NCBI GenBank assembly: GCA_963813155.1
Contig: CAWEYG010000001.1
Coordinates: forward strand, 800,001-864,000
Length of the DNA: 64,000 nucleotides
Direction: 5' to 3'
From: an uncultured Acidobacteriota bacterium
GTDB lineage: Bacteria; Acidobacteriota; Thermoanaerobaculia; UBA5066; DATFVB01
The translations under genes and the position numbers were made by a program. Shown here one piece after another: positions 9,617 through 19,395 of this stretch (position 1 is the first letter of the stretch; each line of letters starts with the position of its first letter). The notes beneath the pieces are model-generated. The model was not told where the DNA came from. It made no database searches and saw nothing but the letters and a program-made list of their open reading frames with translations.

Positions 9617-11344
9617 TCATCGCTCCCCTTCGTCTTCCCCGATACTCCGCAGCCTCACCCTCAGCAGGTCCGACGGGCTGACGAACCCAACGAGCCGACG
9701 CGAGGACGCCGATAAGACCACCGGACACCGAGTCAAACCGCGTGTCCCCATCCGGCGAATCAGGTCCGTGACGGGCATGTCCGCGGTCGCGACGATTTCG
9801 GCAGGATGGCAGAGCTCCGACATCCTCTTGTCCAGTTCGCCTTCCCGGGCGGCGGCATCGATCGACCCCGCTTCGACGACGCCGACGAGATCGCCCCGGT
9901 CGTCGACGACCGAGTAGAAGTGATGACGATGCCCGGCGAGAGAGCTTGCGGCGTCGATCACCGACATTTCCTCTTTCACCGAGACGGCCTGCGAAGTCAT
10001 CACGTCCGAGACCTTCAGGCCCGAGAGCGGATCGACTCTTTTCTCGGTCTCGCCGAACCCCTCCTCGAGGAGCTGCTGCTCCACGATGTTGATCCGGGAG
10101 ATCTGCCGCGAGATCGTGATTCCCAGGGCGATCGCCAGCATCAGGGGGAGAATCAAGCCGTAGTCCCCCGTCACCTCGACGACGATGAGGACCGCGGCGA
10201 TGGGGCACCGGAGGATGCCGGCGAAAAACGCGCCCATCCCGACGAGAGCGTAGGAACGCGGCTCGATCGCGAGCGCGGGGAACGCGAGCTTCATCGCATG
10301 CCCCATCGAGGACCCGAGAGCCGCGCCCATGAAAAGAGATGGAGCGAACGTCCCGCCGATCACACCGGACGAGAGAGCCACGACGAACCCGATCGTTTTC
10401 GCCCCGAAGGCGAGCCCGGCCTCGCCGAGGCTGCCGCCGCCGTTGAGCCAGTTCGAGGCCGCCTCGTAGCCGACGCCGAGAATCGAAGGGGAAATCAGCC
10501 CGAGCACGCCGATCAGCGCGCCGGCGAGCCCGCCTCGAACGGCGGCACTGGGAATTCTCGTTTCCGCCTCGCGCTTGAGGCGGGGAATGATCCGCATCGC
10601 CAGGCCGGACGCGACCCCCGCCAGGATTCCCACGAGCGCGAAACCGAAGAGCTCCCGCGCGTCGGCCCAGTTCGCCGCGGGCGCCGCGAGCACCGGGCGG
10701 CCGCCCAGCAGGAAGCGCTCGACGACCGCCGCCGCGACCGCGGCCACGATCGCTCCGCCGAGAACGCCCTTCTCCGCCGTCCCGAGGACCTCCTCCAGAG
10801 CAAAAACGACCCCGGTGATGGGTGCGTTGAAAATCGCGGCGATCCCCGCAGCGGTTCCCACGGGAATCATTCCCCGCACGACCTTGCGCGGCAATCGAAG
10901 CATCCGCGCGAAGCCGGCGGAAATGCCGCTTGCGACGACCACGATGGGGCCTTCGGGACCGAGCGGCGCCCCGGATCCCAGCGAGATCGGCGTGAGGAGA
11001 AATGTCGCCGTCACGCTTCGGCCGTCGAGCAGCCCCGGATCCTGGCCATAGGCGCGCCGAACGCGAGCCAGATTCGCGCCGCCGGCTCCCGGCGCCCAAC
11101 GGCGGATCACGACGGCGATCAGAAAAGCGGTGGCCGCGGGCACGACGACGACGATCGCGGCGCGGAGGACTCCTTGTTGTCGGAGCCCGGGCGCGAGGAT
11201 CGCCGCGCGGACCACGTCGATCATCTTGTGAAACAGGTAGGCGCAGACGCCGCACAGGATTCCGATCGTCACCTGCGTCGCCAGAAGAAAGCGCCGGCTC
11301 GCGGCCCGGATGCGATCGAGCATCGACCGGCGTTCTTCCGTCAC
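9617..11344 (-). CDS. ClC-family anion channel/antiporter with C-terminal CBS domains
   Basis: GPEGP, AAGIAAIFNAPITGVVFALEE, GGTFAP, CBS pair; GTG start overlapping the MarR stop (alternative ATG at 11323). Confidence 0.9.
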   Translation of the reverse strand: MTEERRSMLDRIRAASRRFLLATQVTIGILCGVCAYLFHKMIDVVRAAILAPGLRQQGVLRAAIVVVVPAATAFLIAVVIRRWAPGAGGANLARVRRAYGQDPGLLDGRSVTATFLLTPISLGSGAPLGPEGPIVVVASGISAGFARMLRLPRKVVRGMIPVGTAAGIAAIFNAPITGVVFALEEVLGTAEKGVLGGAIVAAVAAAVVERFLLGGRPVLAAPAANWADARELFGFALVGILAGVASGLAMRIIPRLKREAETRIPSAAVRGGLAGALIGVLGLISPSILGVGYEAASNWLNGGGSLGEAGLAFGAKTIGFVVALSSGVIGGTFAPSLFMGAALGSSMGHAMKLAFPALAIEPRSYALVGMGAFFAGILRCPIAAVLIVVEVTGDYGLILPLMLAIALGITISRQISRINIVEQQLLEEGFGETEKRVDPLSGLKVSDVMTSQAVSVKEEMSVIDAASSLAGHRHHFYSVVDDRGDLVGVVEAGSIDAAAREGELDKRMSELCHPAEIVATADMPVTDLIRRMGTRGLTRCPVVLSASSRRLVGFVSPSDLLRVRLRSIGEDEGER

Positions 11345-11811
11345 GCTTTTTCCGTCAGGGCCGCGGCGAGCTTTCGAAGCACCTTCGCCGTCGCCTGAAT
11401 CTCCCGGCCGGACAGTCCCGAAAGCGCTCGCCGAACCCCGGCCTCCACCGTCCCCTCGCTGTGGCGATCGAGCTCGCGCCCTTTCGGTGTCAACGAAAGG
11501 ACGGCCCGCCGCCGGTCGCCGGCGTCCGGCCGGCTCGCGATCAGCCGGCGTGTCAGGAGCCGCTGGAGGATTCCCGTCAGGGTACTCGGATGGACGCACA
11601 AAACATCCGCGAGCTCGCCGGGAGAAATGTCGGGGAACCGGCCGATGATCCGGACGGCCAGCCGCTGCGGGCCCGTGACCCCGAGCGTTCGCGCCATCCG
11701 TTTGGAGGTCTTCTGAAGAGCGTGGTCCACCGCCCAGACGAGCCGCATGAACTCGACCGGTCCCCCCAGATCTCCTTGCAGTGGCGAGCCTTCCAACTTC
11801 TTCCGAAGCAT
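11341..11811 (-). CDS. MarR-family transcriptional regulator
   Basis: GVTGPQRL...ELADVLCVHPSTLTGILQRL...DRRRAVLSLTPKG; RBS GGAGAGG before ATG at 11811. Confidence 0.9.
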   Translation of the reverse strand: MLRKKLEGSPLQGDLGGPVEFMRLVWAVDHALQKTSKRMARTLGVTGPQRLAVRIIGRFPDISPGELADVLCVHPSTLTGILQRLLTRRLIASRPDAGDRRRAVLSLTPKGRELDRHSEGTVEAGVRRALSGLSGREIQATAKVLRKLAAALTEKA

Positions 11812-11826
11812 TTCCTCTCCCTGTTC

Positions 11827-11860
11827 ATTTGACCACAAACCGAATTGTTTGACGTCAAAC
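11827..11860. promoter_or_regulatory. Candidate MarR operator pair in the divergent marR/pal intergenic region
   Basis: Perfect palindrome GTTTGACGTCAAAC (11847-11860) and a degenerate copy ATTTGACCACAAAC (11827-11840). Confidence 0.5.
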
Positions 11861-11898
11861 GTTCGGATTATAATACAGGCTTTGAAGGAGGGTCGACG

Positions 11899-12483
11899 GT
11901 GAAAGAGTCAAACGGAAATCGAAAGACACGGGAGCCGATGCATCGCGCACTGTCCGTCCTGGGATGTCTCGGAGCGTTTCTCGTCCTCGTTTCCTCGTGC
12001 AAACATGCCCAACCTCAAACAGCGGCTCACGCCGCCCCGCCGCCGGAGACGGCGAAGCCGGCAATCGCGGCGCAGCCCGCGCCGGCGCCCCCACCCGCCG
12101 CGACCGATGCGGTCATGAGCGAGGATCTGGCGACACTGAATTCCCGGGGATATCTGAAGGACGCATTCTTCGACTACGACAGGGGCGATCTACGGGAGGA
12201 CGCGCGAACCGCCCTTGCCGCAGACTCGCAATGGCTCAAGCGCTATCCCGCGCTCCAGATCCTTGTGGAAGGTCATTGCGACGAGCGAGGCACCGACGAG
12301 TACAACCTGGCACTCGGAGAGAAGCGCGCTTCCGCGGTCGAGGGTTATCTCGCTTCGCTCGGCGTGGACGCGGCACGAGTGAAGACGATTTCCTACGGGA
12401 AGGACCGGCCGTTTTGCACCGACGCCAACCAGACGTGCTGGCAGGACAACCGCAGAGGGCACTTCGTCATAACCGCAAAATAG
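11899..12483 (+). CDS. pal: Peptidoglycan-associated lipoprotein (Pal/OmpA-like domain)
   Basis: Lipobox-like VSSC, FFDYD, VEGHCDERGTDEYNLALGEKRA, ISYGKDRP, NRR; RBS GAAGGAGG before GTG. Confidence 0.85.
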   Translation: MKESNGNRKTREPMHRALSVLGCLGAFLVLVSSCKHAQPQTAAHAAPPPETAKPAIAAQPAPAPPPAATDAVMSEDLATLNSRGYLKDAFFDYDRGDLREDARTALAADSQWLKRYPALQILVEGHCDERGTDEYNLALGEKRASAVEGYLASLGVDAARVKTISYGKDRPFCTDANQTCWQDNRRGHFVITAK

Positions 12484-12497
12484 AGAGGTGGAATCCC

Positions 12498-13046
12498 ATG
12501 GCGCGTGACACCGTCGTCATTTCCAGCCGCTCCCGAGCACACGGGGAGAATGACGGCGGCCTCACTCGGCGCGGGTGGCTGGTCGCGGCATGGCTCGGGT
12601 TCACGGCAGCCGCCCTGGCGGGCGCGGTGGCCTCGATGCGGTTCATGTTTCCCAACGTTCTTTTCGAACCGCCGACGCGTTTCGACGCCGGCTTTCCGTC
12701 CTCCTACCTCCCGGGACTCGTCGACACGCGCTGGAAGGAAAAATACGGGGTCTGGATCGTGCGGCGGGCGGACGGCGCGTTCTATGCACTTATCGCCATC
12801 TGCAAGCACCTCGGGTGCGTCCCGAACTGGCTACAGGATCAAAAGAAGTTCAAGTGCCCGTGCCACGGCTCCGGCTACTACGTCAACGGGATGAATTTCG
12901 AAGGCCCCGCCCCCTCGCCGCTGGATCGGGCGAAAATCTGGGTCTCAAACGACGGACACCTGATCGTCGACAAGGCGACGACGTATCACATGGTCGGCGG
13001 CGTGGACCCCGGCAAGCAGTACCCGGAATCCGTCCTGACGACGTGA
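12498..13046 (+). CDS. Rieske [2Fe-2S] protein of cytochrome bc type with Tat-like anchor
   Basis: TRRGWL plus TM helix, CKHLGC and CPCHGS boxes, GPAPSPL. Confidence 0.9.
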   Translation: MARDTVVISSRSRAHGENDGGLTRRGWLVAAWLGFTAAALAGAVASMRFMFPNVLFEPPTRFDAGFPSSYLPGLVDTRWKEKYGVWIVRRADGAFYALIAICKHLGCVPNWLQDQKKFKCPCHGSGYYVNGMNFEGPAPSPLDRAKIWVSNDGHLIVDKATTYHMVGGVDPGKQYPESVLTT

Positions 13047-13056
13047 GGCGAACGTC

Positions 13057-14268
13057 CTAGAACGCGACCGGCAGCGCTTCCAGCCCCCGCAGAACGAGAC
13101 TCCGGCGCCAACGCAGGGATTCCGCGGGAACGGCGAGTCGCAGCCCCGGAAGGCGGCGAAGCAGCGTATCGAACGCGATCTGCGCCTCCAGGCGAGCGAG
13201 CGGCGCGCCGAGGCAGTAGTGGATTCCCTGCCCGAACGACAGATGCCGGTTGTTGGAGCGCGCCAGATCGAGCCTGTCCGGCTCGTCGAAGGCCGCTTCG
13301 TCCCGATTCGCCGACCCGATGACGCCGAAGGCGACCTCCCCTTTCGGGATCGTCGCGCCGTGAATCGTCACATCCTCCCGGGCGAAGCGCTCCGTCGCGA
13401 GAAAGACGGGCGCCGTGTACCGCAACAGCTCCTCGACGGCGGACTTCGTGAGCGCGGGGTCGCCTCTCAGCTTCGCCAACTGTTCCGGATTCTGCAGGAG
13501 CGCGAGCGTTCCGCTCGCGATCAGGTTGACGGTCGTTTCGTGTCCCGCGACGAGCAGCAGGAACACCATGGCGAAGAGCTCGTCGCCGCTGAGCCGGTCT
13601 CCGGCTTCCTCCGCCCGCAGAAGCGCGGTCGTCAGATCGTCCCCGGGCTCGGCTCGACGACGCTCGAAGAACCGCTTGAGATAGCTTCGGAACTTCCAGA
13701 CCGCCGGCAGGAAGCGCCAGGACGGGTTCAGCGAATCCGCCGAAACGATGAAACTCGACCAGGCGTGGAACTTTCCCCGGTCTTCGGCGGGAATTCCGAG
13801 AATCTCCGTGATGATGGCCATCGGGAGCGGCAGCGCGAAATCGGCGACGAGGTCCATCGCGCCCCTGCGCCGGGCGTCGTCGATGAGCCCGTCCGCGAGA
13901 TCCTGGGCACGCGTTCGCATCCGCTCGACGAGGCGCGGGGTGAACGCCTGGTGAACGAGCGCTCGCAGCCGCGTGTGATCCGGCGGGTCCAGGTCGAGCA
14001 TGTTCCTCTCGAGCGCCCGAAACATCGGCGGAATCCAGGGTTGTCTCCGGAGCTGCCCGGGCGTCATCGCGTTCGCGCGTCGTTTCGCGAATCGCGGATC
14101 CGTCAGCAGGGAGAAGACGTCGGCGTGCCGCAGGATGAGCGTGACCGGCGTCTTGTCGGGGAGAAACGTTCGAAAGGCCGGCTGTTCGGAGCGCAGCCGG
14201 GCAAGAACCGGAAACGGGTTCGCCTTGAATTCCGGGCTGACGATGTCGATCCCGCCGGCGGCGCGCAT
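13057..14268 (-). CDS. Cytochrome P450
   Basis: AGHETT I-helix, EELLR (ExxR), FGQGIHYCLG heme ligand. Confidence 0.95.
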   Translation of the reverse strand: MRAAGGIDIVSPEFKANPFPVLARLRSEQPAFRTFLPDKTPVTLILRHADVFSLLTDPRFAKRRANAMTPGQLRRQPWIPPMFRALERNMLDLDPPDHTRLRALVHQAFTPRLVERMRTRAQDLADGLIDDARRRGAMDLVADFALPLPMAIITEILGIPAEDRGKFHAWSSFIVSADSLNPSWRFLPAVWKFRSYLKRFFERRRAEPGDDLTTALLRAEEAGDRLSGDELFAMVFLLLVAGHETTVNLIASGTLALLQNPEQLAKLRGDPALTKSAVEELLRYTAPVFLATERFAREDVTIHGATIPKGEVAFGVIGSANRDEAAFDEPDRLDLARSNNRHLSFGQGIHYCLGAPLARLEAQIAFDTLLRRLPGLRLAVPAESLRWRRSLVLRGLEALPVAF

Positions 14269-14287
14269 CGCTGCCGGCTTCCCCTCG

Positions 14288-16225
14288 TCATTCCTCCGTG
14301 ATCTTCATCCGCGAGTTCGCCTTGATCCCGGAAGTCACGACCTGGTGCTTGCCCGACGGCCAGTCGATCTCGATCTTCTCGACCGACGCCGCGCTTCCGA
14401 GGCCGAAGTACAGCGGCAGGATGCTCTGCGAGAGGTATCCCGACTTTCCGTCGTTGTACTGCATGTAGGTCTTGCCGCCCGCCGTCACGCGCACCCACGC
14501 GCCGAGGCCGTTGCGGTTCGATTTCCGGCCGACGAGGTCGATCTTGAGGTAGTGGATCTTCCGGCGCTGCGCGAGGTCGCTGATCAGCACCTGCGGATGG
14601 TCGTTGAACTCGTTCGTGACGATGTCGAGATCGCCGTCGCCGTCGAGGTCGAAGATCACGGCCGAACGGCTTCCGAGCGTGCCCGTGAGCATGACCTTCC
14701 CCGTCCGTCCTTCGCAGAGCTGCCGATCGCGGCCGGGTCCCGAGCAGTCGACTTCGAACCAGGGCTTGCGCGTGCGCCCGCCGCGGCGCGGCTCGATCCC
14801 CAGCAGGAACTCCGCGTCGCGGAAGATCTTGCCGTGGTCGTTCAGCAGGAGGGAATTGATGCCGTAGCGGAAAGGGAAGTTCATGCTGGACGTGATGAGG
14901 ATGTCCTGCCAGCCGTCGGCGTTCAGGTCCGCGACGCTCGTGCCCCAGGGCCAGTAGTTCTCGACGCCCATCTTGTCGGAGACCTCCTCGAACTTTCCGT
15001 CCCCGAGGTTGTGGTACAGCGCGTTGCCGAAAATGAATTCGTCGTTCGAGCCGCCGAGCATCTTCTCGTCGAACGTCGACGCGGGCTTCACTTTTTCCTG
15101 GTCGGGAGCGGCCAGCTTCGCCATGTCGGAGTGCATGTCCGTCAGGAAGAGATCCATCTTCCCGTCGTTGTCGTAGTCGAACCACTTGATTCCCATCGCG
15201 CCCCACGGCGTCCGCGGGAAATAGTCCTTCGTCTTGTCCTCGAACGTCTTGCCCTCGTGGTTGATGTAAAAGTGGTTCTTCCCCTGCATGTTCAGCACGT
15301 ACAGGTCCGGATATCCGTCGCCGTTGATGTCGCAGAAGCTCGCGTCGCCGCTGAAGCTGCCGTCGTGGAGGCCGGTTTCCTCCGACACGTCCTTGAAGTG
15401 CGTGCCGTCGATGTTCTTGTAGAGCACGCTGTACTCGGTGCGCTCGGGAAACATGTGGCCGTGGAACGCGTCGGCGTATCCGACGTAGTAGCCGCCCGCT
15501 CCCTTCTCGTCGGTCGTGTACTTGCCGACATTGACGAGGAACAGGTCGGGCAGGCCGTCGTTGTCGTAGTCGAAAAACACCGCTCCCGAGGAATGGCCGA
15601 CGTAGGCGACGCCCGCCTCCTTCGCGATGTCCTTGAAGTGCCCGTGCCCGTCGTTCAGGAAGAGCGCGTTGCCCCCACGCACGGTCGTCACGTAGAGGTC
15701 CGGGTAGCCGTCGTTGTTGACGTCGACGAACGTCGCGCTGACGCCGACCCGGTCCTTGAGCCCGACGCCGGCGGATTCCGTAATGTTCTTGAACTTGCCG
15801 TGGCCCAGGTTCTTCCAGAGCTCGCTTCCGCCGAGCTGGCTGACGAAATAGATGTCTTCCAGCCCGTCGCCGTCGACGTCGGCCGCGACGATCCCGTTGC
15901 CGTGATCGTAGTGGACCGCCTTGTAGAACCTGCCGGAGTCGTCCGTGATGTGCTGCTCGAACGTGATGCCGCTCTCCGGCTGACGATCGACGAACTTGAA
16001 ATTCGTGTCGACATGGAAGTCCTTCCGCGTCTTCTCCTGCGCGGCCTTGCGCGCCGCGAGCGTCTGTTCCCCGATGTCGGGATCGGGCACGTTGATCACG
16101 GGAATCGCCGGTTTCTTCGGTGCGGCCTTCTTCGACGCGGCCGGCTTTTCGGCGGCGCCGACGAGAAAGATCGCGCCGGCGCAGAGAAGCGCGAGAACGG
16201 TGAAACGGGAGCGGAATGTCTTCAT
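14288..16225 (-). CDS. CRTAC1-like FG-GAP/ASPIC-UnbV protein
   Basis: Signal peptide MKTFRSRF..., many DxDxDG repeats, SNRNGLGA, GYLSQS...FGLG, IDWPSG. Confidence 0.9.
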   Translation of the reverse strand: MKTFRSRFTVLALLCAGAIFLVGAAEKPAASKKAAPKKPAIPVINVPDPDIGEQTLAARKAAQEKTRKDFHVDTNFKFVDRQPESGITFEQHITDDSGRFYKAVHYDHGNGIVAADVDGDGLEDIYFVSQLGGSELWKNLGHGKFKNITESAGVGLKDRVGVSATFVDVNNDGYPDLYVTTVRGGNALFLNDGHGHFKDIAKEAGVAYVGHSSGAVFFDYDNDGLPDLFLVNVGKYTTDEKGAGGYYVGYADAFHGHMFPERTEYSVLYKNIDGTHFKDVSEETGLHDGSFSGDASFCDINGDGYPDLYVLNMQGKNHFYINHEGKTFEDKTKDYFPRTPWGAMGIKWFDYDNDGKMDLFLTDMHSDMAKLAAPDQEKVKPASTFDEKMLGGSNDEFIFGNALYHNLGDGKFEEVSDKMGVENYWPWGTSVADLNADGWQDILITSSMNFPFRYGINSLLLNDHGKIFRDAEFLLGIEPRRGGRTRKPWFEVDCSGPGRDRQLCEGRTGKVMLTGTLGSRSAVIFDLDGDGDLDIVTNEFNDHPQVLISDLAQRRKIHYLKIDLVGRKSNRNGLGAWVRVTAGGKTYMQYNDGKSGYLSQSILPLYFGLGSAASVEKIEIDWPSGKHQVVTSGIKANSRMKITEE

Positions 16226-16326
16226 CTGAATCTCCTCTGAACGAGAAGCGACGATATCGCGGGGACCCGATGATCTCAACCCGAAACCGACGCTGCGCGG
16301 GCCCTCCCCGGTGTTAATCTCGCGGC

Positions 16327-17754
16327 GTGGCCAGATTTCGAGTCTCGAGGATCGCGGGCGTCCTGGCAGCGACGATCCTCCTCGCCGCCGCCACACTTAT
16401 TGCGTTACCGCAAAACGCAGGATCCGCCCCGGCGAAGCCGGCCGCCAAACCCGGGGCGGCCGCGGCGCTTCTCGCGGAAGGGGAAGCGGCCCTGGCAACG
16501 AGCGACTGGGCGAAGGCCGAGCGCGCGTTCCGCGCGGCCGTCGCGAAGGCCCCGAAGTCCGCCCGCGCCCACTCGGACCTCGCGATCGTGCTCACACTCT
16601 CCGGAAAAGCCGGCGACGAGGCAGTCTCGGAAGCCGCCGCCGCGGCGAAGCTCGCGCCGACCGAGGTCGCGTATACCGTCCGGTACGGAACGACTCTGGA
16701 GGCGGCGGGGAAACTCGTCGAGGCGCGCCGGGAGTTGCGCAAGGCCCTCGAGGCGCGCCCGCGCGACCGGCAGATCCTGATGCTCCTCGCGGACTGTTCC
16801 GCCCGGCTCCACGACGACGAAACCGTTCCGCTGCTCCAGAAGGTCATCGAAACCTGGCCGGAAAACCGGAAGGCCCGGGTGGACCTCGCGGACTTTCTCT
16901 GGGAACGCGGCGACGACGCGGAGGGCGATCGAGTGATGGAGGAAGCCCTGCGGCTCTCGCCGGCCGACGCGGAGCTCCATCTGCGCTACGGCCGCTCGCT
17001 CCTGCGGCGGCTTCAGTTCCTCCGCGCGATCGACGAGCTCAACCGCGTGCGCGCTCTCGGCGTCGCGGATGCCCCGTTCTTCGTGGCCCTCGGGGGCGCG
17101 TACTGGGAATCGCAGCAGACCGACCAGGCCCGGGAGGCCTTCGCGGCCGCCGTCCAGGTGGACCCGACGTTCTTTCCCGCGCGGCTCGAGCTGGGGCGCC
17201 TGCTGCTCTGGACCGGAAAACCGGCCGAAGCGGCCGCCGCGCTGCGCGAAGCCGTGCGGCTCAAGGAGGCCTCGCCGCCGGCGCAGTGGAACCTCGGCCG
17301 CGCCCTCCAGGCGAGCGGAGACCTCGACGGCGCGGAGAAGGCGTTCCTGCGGGCCGTCGAGCTCGCGCCCCGGTCGTCGCGCTTCCATTACTCTCACGGC
17401 ATCGTGTTGAAGCTCCTGAAGCGCCCGCAGGAGGCCGCGGCCGAATTCGCCGAATTCCAGAAGAGCCAGGACGCCGAACAGGCCGCCCAATTCCAGGCGA
17501 GCTCGAGCCGCGTGGAGATGAACGGCGCGCTGGACGACCTCAAACGCGGCAAGACGGAGGAAGCGCTCGCCCGGTTTCGGGACCTTCCGGAAAGCGTCCC
17601 GTCGCTGGAGGGACAGGCGGAAGCCTTCTCGCGGCTCGGCCGCCACCGCGACGCGATCCGCGTCCTCGAGCGCGCGAGCGTGCTCGCTCCCGACGACAAC
17701 GAGATCCGCGCGCAGCTCGCGCGCGAGTACTCGGAAGACGGGGACAAGCGGTGA
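16327..17754 (+). CDS. Secreted TPR-repeat protein
   Basis: Signal peptide and about ten TPR-like units. Confidence 0.85.
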   Translation: MARFRVSRIAGVLAATILLAAATLIALPQNAGSAPAKPAAKPGAAAALLAEGEAALATSDWAKAERAFRAAVAKAPKSARAHSDLAIVLTLSGKAGDEAVSEAAAAAKLAPTEVAYTVRYGTTLEAAGKLVEARRELRKALEARPRDRQILMLLADCSARLHDDETVPLLQKVIETWPENRKARVDLADFLWERGDDAEGDRVMEEALRLSPADAELHLRYGRSLLRRLQFLRAIDELNRVRALGVADAPFFVALGGAYWESQQTDQAREAFAAAVQVDPTFFPARLELGRLLLWTGKPAEAAAALREAVRLKEASPPAQWNLGRALQASGDLDGAEKAFLRAVELAPRSSRFHYSHGIVLKLLKRPQEAAAEFAEFQKSQDAEQAAQFQASSSRVEMNGALDDLKRGKTEEALARFRDLPESVPSLEGQAEAFSRLGRHRDAIRVLERASVLAPDDNEIRAQLAREYSEDGDKR

Positions 17755-19388
17755 TCGCGCTTCTTCTCTTCCCCGCCCTGTTGGCCGCCCCGGCGGCTCC
17801 GGCCCAAAAGGCGGCCTGTCCCGTCGTCTTCACCGACGTCGCGCCCTCGGCCGGAATCCGTTTCGTTCACGAGCGCGGCGCGACGGAACAGCGCCGCCTG
17901 CCCGAAACGATGGGCTCGGGCGTCGCGTGGATCGACTACGACAACGACGGGTGGATGGACCTCTTCGTGGCCCAGTCGGGCCGGCTTCCCGAGGGTGATA
18001 CGGGCCGCCTGTACCGCAACAACGGCAACGGGACCTTCACCGACGTCACCGAGAAGGCGGGGATCTCGACGAAGGTGTACGGCATGGGCGCGATCGCCGC
18101 CGATTACGACAACGACGGGTTCACGGACCTTCTCGTCACCGGGTTCGGCCGCAACGTCCTGTACCACAACAACGGCAACGGCACGTTCACCGACGTCACC
18201 GACCGCGCGGGAATTCGCAGCTCGGGCTGGAACACGAGCGCCGCGTGGGCCGACGTGGACGGCGACGGCCGTCTCGACCTGTTCGTCACCCGTTACGTCG
18301 ACTTCCGCCTCGATCACGACTACTTCTGCGGCAACGCGATCACGGGAAAGCGCGAGTACTGCCACCCGGACGTGTTTCCCGGGATGAGCGGAACCCTCTT
18401 CCACAACAACGGCGACGGGACGTTCAAAGACGTGACGAAAGAGGCCGGAGTGGGCGCGATCGGAAAAGGCCTCGGCGTTCTCTTCTTCGATTCCGACGGC
18501 GACGGAAAGCCCGACCTCTACGTCGCGAACGACCAAATGCTGAACTCTCTCTTCCACAACTCCGGCGGAGGAAAATTCGAGGACATCTCGATCCCGTCGG
18601 GCGCGGCCGTCAGCTCGGAGGGCAAGCCGCAGGCGGGCATGGGCGTGGATGCGGCCGACGTGGACGGCGACGGAAGGCCGGACATCGTCGTGACGAACTT
18701 CGACTTCGAGATCAACTCCCTGTACCGCAACCTCGGAGACAACCTCTACGAGGACGCCTCCGTGTCCTCCGGCTTCGGCCCCCCCTCGTTCAATTTTCTC
18801 GCGTTCGGCGTGAACCTGTTCGACGCCGCGAACCTCGGACGGTTCGACGCGTTCGTCGCGAACGGCCACCTCTCCGAGTTCATCACGCGACAGGGCGTCA
18901 CGTACGCGGAGAGGCCGTTCCTGATGTGGAACGACGGGACCGGGCACTTCCACGAACAGGGCTGCGGCGAGCCGTTTTCGCGCCCACTCGTCGGCCGCGG
19001 ATCGGCCGTCGGGGATTTTGACAACGACGGGTTTCTCGACATTGCCGTGTCGAACTCCGGCGGCCCGTTCGAGCTGCTGCACAACGGCGGAAACGGAAAC
19101 GGGTGGGTCGGAGTGAAGCTCGAGGGGACGCGATCGAACCGGGAAGGCATCGGGACAAAGTTGACTCTCGAAACCGACAAGGGAAAGCAGGTGAAAGAAG
19201 TCATGGCCGGTTCGAGCTACCTCTCCTCGAGCGACCCGCGCGTCGTCTTCGGCCTGGGACCGGATGCGAAGTTCAAGAAGCTCGAGATCCGGTGGCCGTC
19301 CGGCACGGTCCAGACCGTCGAGAGCCTTCCGCTGCGCAAGTACACCGTGGTTCGCGAGCCCGCCGCCGCCCCTGCTCCGAAAAAGTAG
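17751..19388 (+). CDS. CRTAC1-like FG-GAP/ASPIC-UnbV protein (paralogue of 7955-9604)
   Basis: GTGA overlap with the TPR gene; ETMGSGVAWIDYDNDG..., SNREGIG, SYLSSSDPRVVFGLG. Confidence 0.9.
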   Translation: MIALLLFPALLAAPAAPAQKAACPVVFTDVAPSAGIRFVHERGATEQRRLPETMGSGVAWIDYDNDGWMDLFVAQSGRLPEGDTGRLYRNNGNGTFTDVTEKAGISTKVYGMGAIAADYDNDGFTDLLVTGFGRNVLYHNNGNGTFTDVTDRAGIRSSGWNTSAAWADVDGDGRLDLFVTRYVDFRLDHDYFCGNAITGKREYCHPDVFPGMSGTLFHNNGDGTFKDVTKEAGVGAIGKGLGVLFFDSDGDGKPDLYVANDQMLNSLFHNSGGGKFEDISIPSGAAVSSEGKPQAGMGVDAADVDGDGRPDIVVTNFDFEINSLYRNLGDNLYEDASVSSGFGPPSFNFLAFGVNLFDAANLGRFDAFVANGHLSEFITRQGVTYAERPFLMWNDGTGHFHEQGCGEPFSRPLVGRGSAVGDFDNDGFLDIAVSNSGGPFELLHNGGNGNGWVGVKLEGTRSNREGIGTKLTLETDKGKQVKEVMAGSSYLSSSDPRVVFGLGPDAKFKKLEIRWPSGTVQTVESLPLRKYTVVREPAAAPAPKK

Positions 19389-19395
19389 CCGCTCT

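Noticed and set aside
12498-14268. Rieske protein as redox partner of the neighbouring P450
   Set aside because: The genes are convergent, and the Rieske protein has a Tat-like anchor and bc-type motifs, which points to a different compartment.
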